Shown: one piece after another, positions 59,579 to 64,000 of the stretch
Position numbering within the stretch: position 1 is the stretch's first letter
Layout of the letters: every line of letters begins with the position of its first letter
Origin: Minisyncoccia bacterium
GTDB taxonomy: Bacteria > Patescibacteriota > Minisyncoccia > Phycocordibacterales > UBA9973
Length of the DNA: 64,000 nt
Assembly: GCA_041737125.1 (NCBI GenBank)
Contig: JBGSSJ010000010.1
Location: 22,354 to 86,353, forward strand
Reading direction: 5' to 3'
The notes under the pieces: model-generated
What the model saw: the letters and a program-made list of their open reading frames with translations, nothing else
What the model was told of the DNA's origin: nothing
Database searches by the model: none
Program-made: the position numbers and the translations under genes

Positions 59579-59603
59579 GGGAACATTTTAGCATAAAAAG
59601 TGA

Positions 59604-59625
59604 TTTTTATTGGGGACTACTGGGA
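59604..59625 (-). repeat. Degenerate copy of the tRNA-His 3' end (att-like)
   Basis: TTTTTATTGGGGACTACTGGGA vs TTTTTATTGGGGGGCTACTGGGA at 59766-59788. Confidence 0.6.
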
Positions 59626-59774
59626 CCGCGAGTACGCTTATCGGCTATTACATAGCCAGGTACTTTTCTGATTGCAAAGTAATACAGAAAAGTCTTTCGC
59701 TTCCCAGACGAAAGTGAAGCAGTTCACTTTGCGAGCCTCCTATATAAAAAAGACCCTTTCGGGCTTTTTTATTG

Positions 59775-59847
59775 GGGGGCTACTGGGAATCGAACCCAGA
59801 TCGAAGGTTCCACAAACCTCAGTGTTAACCGTTACACCATAGCCCCC
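59775..59847 (-). tRNA. tRNA-His(GTG)
   Basis: G-1 GGGGCTA acceptor, GAGGT-TTGTGGA-ACCTT anticodon arm, TTCGA T-loop. Confidence 0.95.
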
Positions 59848-59854
59848 ATATATT

Positions 59855-59873
59855 ACCCCGACGTCGGTCGGGG
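59855..59873. repeat. Small palindrome CCCCGACGTCGGTCGGGG
   Basis: GC-rich hairpin between the candidate promoter and the tRNA-His 5' end. Confidence 0.5.
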
Positions 59874-59925
59874 ATTAACCTGTTATACCAGAAAATCGCT
59901 TATAAATCTAGCTCTTCTCTATGAC

Positions 59926-60354
59926 TTAGAATAAAGTTAGATGAAAATAAGAAAGCACCGCAATCAAGATAGATATACAAGCTGAGAATAAACACCAAGA
60001 ACACCAGTGTTTCACTATAAAGGCTTGAATAGAAATAAGGTAGAAAGAGAATAAACATGCAGATAAACTAATACCCAGAATAATAATTCCCCTCTCTTCT
60101 GTATACATATGTATAACAAACAGGAACGGATATATACAACCAATAAAAGCATAGTAAATCATACCCAGTATTTCTACTGGAATTCCTACTATTCGAGAAT
60201 AGTCAGAGTGTATGACCGTATCACAATCAGAACGCATGGGACAGATGAGCTTCGTCTTGGCTTTTTTCTTGCTATACAGATAATAAGCAATACAGAAACC
60301 AACCAAACTAAAAATCCCAATTAAGTTTAAAATAATTATCTGCATATTATTCAC
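59926..60354 (-). CDS. Vitamin K epoxide reductase (VKOR) family protein
   Basis: CP....CDTVIHSDYS..VGIP..LG, WCSWC. Confidence 0.9.
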   Translation of the reverse strand: MNNMQIIILNLIGIFSLVGFCIAYYLYSKKKAKTKLICPMRSDCDTVIHSDYSRIVGIPVEILGMIYYAFIGCIYPFLFVIHMYTEERGIIILGISLSACLFSFYLISIQAFIVKHWCSWCLFSACISILIAVLSYFHLTLF

Positions 60355-62422
60355 AAGAAGATTTAATTATAGGACTATTTGTAACTTTTTCTTTACCAAC
60401 ACTATCGATACAGAAGTATAGAGTAGGATCGCTTGGTAGAGTAGCAGAAAGTGACCACTCTGTAGGCGTAGAATAACATGAAAGTGATGGGTAAGAAGAG
60501 AGCAAACTATTCATCTTGCTTGCTATGCCACCAAGGGGTGTGCTTAATTTCGCAGAGTGGCCAACTGGGGAAAATAGGGACCCAGCTATAGGACTTGTAC
60601 AGCTTCCAGCAGGGTTAGTTTTTGTTCCGAAATTCCCAGCATAATTCTTGAACTCAGAAGCTATCGCTTGGAATTTCATAAGCTCGTCTTTAGTTTCCAT
60701 ATCTTTTATTCTATTCAAGAATATATTTATGTCTATGGCACCAGGGGAATCTTCTACTTCATTTGGGATATCGAAATCATAGTATGTGGTTTTCCAATCA
60801 AGCTTTACTATGCTACCAGCGATACCTTTATCCTCCAAGTTTATAAGTCGAGAGAGCGGGGTCCGCACAGAGAAAGAGTATTGATGTATCTTACTATCAT
60901 CCTTGCCTATCCAAACTTCTAAACTATCAAGTGAAAGGGCGCTTAGTCTGTCGCGAATAAGGTCTTTGTTTTCTTCATCTATACCATCCGCGAAAAACAC
61001 ATCTACGAAATCAGTCATGAATTTCCTTGAAGTTTCTTGATCAAAATTAAACTGATAGTGATATGTCATAACCCCACGCACTTCTTCTTCTGGCTTTTCT
61101 ATAACAGAACTGCTATTTATAAATTCACGGAATATGGATGCTGTCTCTTTATTTATATAAGAAGGTACTCCTATGGCGAAAATTTTATCCATATCTAGCT
61201 GACCTAGAGCTTCCTCTAAATCCACCGGAAGAAGGGCAAGGAGAGAATCGAACTCCCCTTTTGGAACAACGACGGTACTTGCAGCTGGTGCATTACTACC
61301 CGCTACCTCACTTAAGTCTGGAGTTGTTAGTATGGATTTTGAATCTTTATGTTTTAAATTTATTTCTAATTTCTTTTTCAAAAGGGAGCTATTAATTACT
61401 GCATCGTAATCAAAGTCGGGGGAGTCACTGTTTTGATTACTAACTATACCAGTGGCTCGAAGAGTTACAGATTCTTGCTCTTCTCCTACTACTGCTTCCC
61501 CTGCTAAAAGACCTGAGGCTACACCCCAAAGAGGAGGAAAGGATAGAGATATATTAGTCTCTGTTTTATAAGAGGAAAGCTCTCCTAGCTCTATCGGTGC
61601 GAGCAAGAGAAGAGTCTTCGGGTCCTTCTTTATAAAAGAAAGATTAATATCTGGCAATTTTATATATTCTTGTTTTATAGCGAAAACTAATCCTCCGATT
61701 ATGAGTAATATGAATATAGGTATGAGCCACTTGTAGTTAAAATGGAAGACTTTCTTGCTTGTTTTACTACCTTCATTTTCGCTTGTCACCGAGAGTATCG
61801 CATTCCTATAGGAGTCTATCATTGCCCCATTCGGCACATGGCCTTCGTATGACAACTTAGGAGTGGGCTTCTCTGTGTTTTTATTTATAACTGGTGCTTC
61901 TACTTTTGTAGGCAAAGCTGAGAATACAGGACGCTCCTCGACTGCTATCTGTACTACTCGTGGTGTATTAACAACTTGCGGCATGTCAATAACTGGTGGT
62001 TGAGGGACGGCGTACTTCGGGGTAAGCACTGGTATAAGTTCTTCTTTTTTAACTTCTACTTTCTCAATAATAGGCGTATTTATAATTGGAGCAGATATCT
62101 CTTTTGGTTGTGTTTCGATAGATGAACTTTTCGCGTTATGTGCCTCACTGAAACTTTCCGAGAATACAGGTTTAAAGGGCTCGACTTTCTTATAGCTAAT
62201 TGTAGGAACAGAAGAGAGCGGCTCGGCTTTTACTACTTGCTCTGCGGGTTTAATTACTTCAATCTTTTTAATAATCGGGGGCATGACCTTATCTAGAGCT
62301 TCTTGTATATCAGAAAAACGCCAACCGACACTTGCAAGACGCGTGGCAATAACATCCTTAGAAACATTTTTTCTAAGTTGTGATTGGATATAAACAATTA
62401 AATCCTCTGTAATCATGTACAA
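60347..62422 (-). CDS. Hypothetical membrane protein (Pro-rich linker, TM, LolA/LppX-like extracellular region)
   Basis: N-terminal YIQSQL..G..I..AL domain; central TM; EEVRGV.TYHY, EVWIGKDD..IHQ; Cys-containing C-terminus. Confidence 0.6.
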   Translation of the reverse strand: MYMITEDLIVYIQSQLRKNVSKDVIATRLASVGWRFSDIQEALDKVMPPIIKKIEVIKPAEQVVKAEPLSSVPTISYKKVEPFKPVFSESFSEAHNAKSSSIETQPKEISAPIINTPIIEKVEVKKEELIPVLTPKYAVPQPPVIDMPQVVNTPRVVQIAVEERPVFSALPTKVEAPVINKNTEKPTPKLSYEGHVPNGAMIDSYRNAILSVTSENEGSKTSKKVFHFNYKWLIPIFILLIIGGLVFAIKQEYIKLPDINLSFIKKDPKTLLLLAPIELGELSSYKTETNISLSFPPLWGVASGLLAGEAVVGEEQESVTLRATGIVSNQNSDSPDFDYDAVINSSLLKKKLEINLKHKDSKSILTTPDLSEVAGSNAPAASTVVVPKGEFDSLLALLPVDLEEALGQLDMDKIFAIGVPSYINKETASIFREFINSSSVIEKPEEEVRGVMTYHYQFNFDQETSRKFMTDFVDVFFADGIDEENKDLIRDRLSALSLDSLEVWIGKDDSKIHQYSFSVRTPLSRLINLEDKGIAGSIVKLDWKTTYYDFDIPNEVEDSPGAIDINIFLNRIKDMETKDELMKFQAIASEFKNYAGNFGTKTNPAGSCTSPIAGSLFSPVGHSAKLSTPLGGIASKMNSLLSSYPSLSCYSTPTEWSLSATLPSDPTLYFCIDSVGKEKVTNSPIIKSSCE

Positions 62423-62442
62423 TCATATTATATCATTTCTAT

Positions 62443-63015
62443 TTAGAATTCATACACATATATCTTGCGTGCAAGCTTATATGTTGCTCTTTTTAGGTCA
62501 ATTTCCTTCGTCGGTTGCTTTTGTGTAAATTTAAAAGTTACAGAAATTAATTTTGTCCCTGGTTTTAATTCATTGTCTAGCTTCGGCAGTAAATCATCCA
62601 TCACATTCGGTAGCAAATATGCGACTATGTGTGTGGCACCAGAGAGGTCCCTCTTGAAGAAATCTTGATTTATGATTTCTATCTTGGTTTCAGCACGTGT
62701 GCGATAGAACCATGACCTTACATGTGCCAGTATCAATGGGAAAAGTACATTCTCAATACCTATGTACTTGGCTTTTGGTACACGCTTTGCAGAATAGAAC
62801 AGTATTCGCCCGTCTCCACAACCCAAGTCATAAACCACGCTATCATCCTTTATATCTAGAGCTTGGTGAATGTCTTTCAGTATAGAATCTGGTACAGGAA
62901 TAAAAGGGACTTTCGCTCTAAACCCCGTCACCATCCATATAACAAAAAGAACAAGGACAATACATAAGATTATAACCATAATCCAAACCAAAATATAAAG
63001 TAAAAATGATAGCAT
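62443..63015 (-). CDS. Class I SAM-dependent methyltransferase
   Basis: VPFIP, VYDLGCGDGR, GIE, ELKPGT. Confidence 0.9.
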   Translation of the reverse strand: MLSFLLYILVWIMVIILCIVLVLFVIWMVTGFRAKVPFIPVPDSILKDIHQALDIKDDSVVYDLGCGDGRILFYSAKRVPKAKYIGIENVLFPLILAHVRSWFYRTRAETKIEIINQDFFKRDLSGATHIVAYLLPNVMDDLLPKLDNELKPGTKLISVTFKFTQKQPTKEIDLKRATYKLARKIYVYEF

Positions 63016-63057
63016 TTGAATTTTGAAAAATTAATAAATGTTATTAACCCTAATTTG

Positions 63058-63140
63058 TGCGCAGAAGAGGATTTGAACCTCCACGCCCTTGCGAGCACTA
63101 CCACCTCAAGGTAGCGAGTCTACCGTTTCTCCACCTGCGC
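63058..63140 (-). tRNA. tRNA-Leu(GAG)
   Basis: GCGCAGG acceptor, CTACC-TTGAGGT-GGTAG anticodon arm, long variable arm, GGTTCAAATCC. Confidence 0.95.
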
Positions 63141-63141
63141 A

Positions 63142-63816
63142 TTATTTATATTTCTTCTGTTGTTTTACTTCTATCTTCAAAGCTTTCTGTATTTTAAGCC
63201 TTTTTCGAGATAAGCAAATAACACTTCGATTGTAATACATTTTCTTGATAATTACCAATGCTTCTTTTTTGGCATATTTTAGCTGGAAAGTTCTCCTCCT
63301 TCCATCTTGAACTATATGCCCTTTTACTTTTGTTTGATTTTCTAATTCGTTTTGCAACCAATCAATATGACTTTCACTGGCAGACACGAATTCCAAATAA
63401 AACATGTGGCTAGACTTCCAACGTGGATCCCAATATGAATAGAAAGATCCATCCCCATCGAAGCACCCACGCAAGAAATCAAAAAAGTATTTATCCGGAA
63501 TATCCAGCTTACCTATTGTTAAAGACTTATTAGGAGTTAATCCAATAGATAAAAGAAAGTCATAGAAAAATCTATTTTTTAATTGAATCCTTAAAGACTC
63601 ATTTCCATTACCACCCTTTTTTCTACCTATACTTAGATTTAACTCTAAACACTTAGAGAAGTTCTCTAACTGTTCTCTATCTTTGGATGTTAGGTCAATA
63701 AGTATATTATCTTTTGATAAACAGCCATCTGTAGCAAGTAACCCTATAGCGTATGCTAAATTAGGCCTCCACTTTTCATCTACAATCTTTTTTGGTTTTG
63801 GTCCTCTCTTCCCCAT
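63142..63816 (-). CDS. Free-standing two-motif LAGLIDADG endonuclease-like protein
   Basis: AYAIGLLATDG and DFLRGCFDGDG motifs; C-terminal LSRK. Confidence 0.85.
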   Translation of the reverse strand: MGKRGPKPKKIVDEKWRPNLAYAIGLLATDGCLSKDNILIDLTSKDREQLENFSKCLELNLSIGRKKGGNGNESLRIQLKNRFFYDFLLSIGLTPNKSLTIGKLDIPDKYFFDFLRGCFDGDGSFYSYWDPRWKSSHMFYLEFVSASESHIDWLQNELENQTKVKGHIVQDGRRRTFQLKYAKKEALVIIKKMYYNRSVICLSRKRLKIQKALKIEVKQQKKYK

Positions 63817-63877
63817 TTGTCTATTATATAATTCTTATATATAAACCTCAAGTATATAGCGTCTACTAATTAATTTT

Positions 63878-63910
63878 AATACAAAACCCGCGTCTTGCGG
63901 GTTTTGTATT
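63878..63910 (-). terminator. Intrinsic terminator
   Basis: AATACAAAACCCGC/GCGGGTTTTGTATT. Confidence 0.8.
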
Positions 63911-64000
63911 TTATTCTTTTGTTCCCTCTTGTGTTGAAGCTTCTTCTCTTTCTTCATTTGTTAGAGTTATACTCTTTAATCTCTTCTTCACTTCTTTAAC
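63911..64000 (-). CDS. 3' end of an unidentified CDS
   Basis: ...VKEVKKRLKSITLTNEEREEASTQEGTKE* followed directly by a terminator. Confidence 0.55.
   Translation of the reverse strand, partial: VKEVKKRLKSITLTNEEREEASTQEGTKE

Overview
AT-rich bacterial chromosome segment with the hallmarks of a CPR/Patescibacteria (Parcubacteria/OD1-like) genome; this taxonomy is inferred. Supporting signs are rplK without rplA, an atypical EF-P loop, a split ComEC, a type IV pilus locus, Cys-rich paralog arrays, palindromic micro-repeats and apparently leaderless genes. Core genes: recA 3' end, efp, rplK-nusG-secE, a MacAB/FtsX-type ABC system, a P1B ATPase, rpsL-rpsG-fusA, rpmB, SOD, rnhA, recJ, pgk, tpiA, pilB/pilC/pilins, mscL, a P2 ATPase, VKOR, tRNA-His, tRNA-Leu and a free-standing LAGLIDADG gene. 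The main region of interest is 31-50.7 kb. It holds a B12 module: class II ribonucleotide reductase, an ECF S-component, a cobalamin riboswitch with terminator, a DUF4430 protein and a secreted DUF4430 + alpha/alpha-barrel protein (transcobalamin-like fold pair). Seven ~570-aa Cys-rich paralogs flank this module; they have homogenised termini, divergent cores and heptamer repeats at the junctions. Several palindromic elements insert in-frame in recJ or supply the start codons of rpsL and rnhA. All calls come from motif recognition by eye; no database searches were run.
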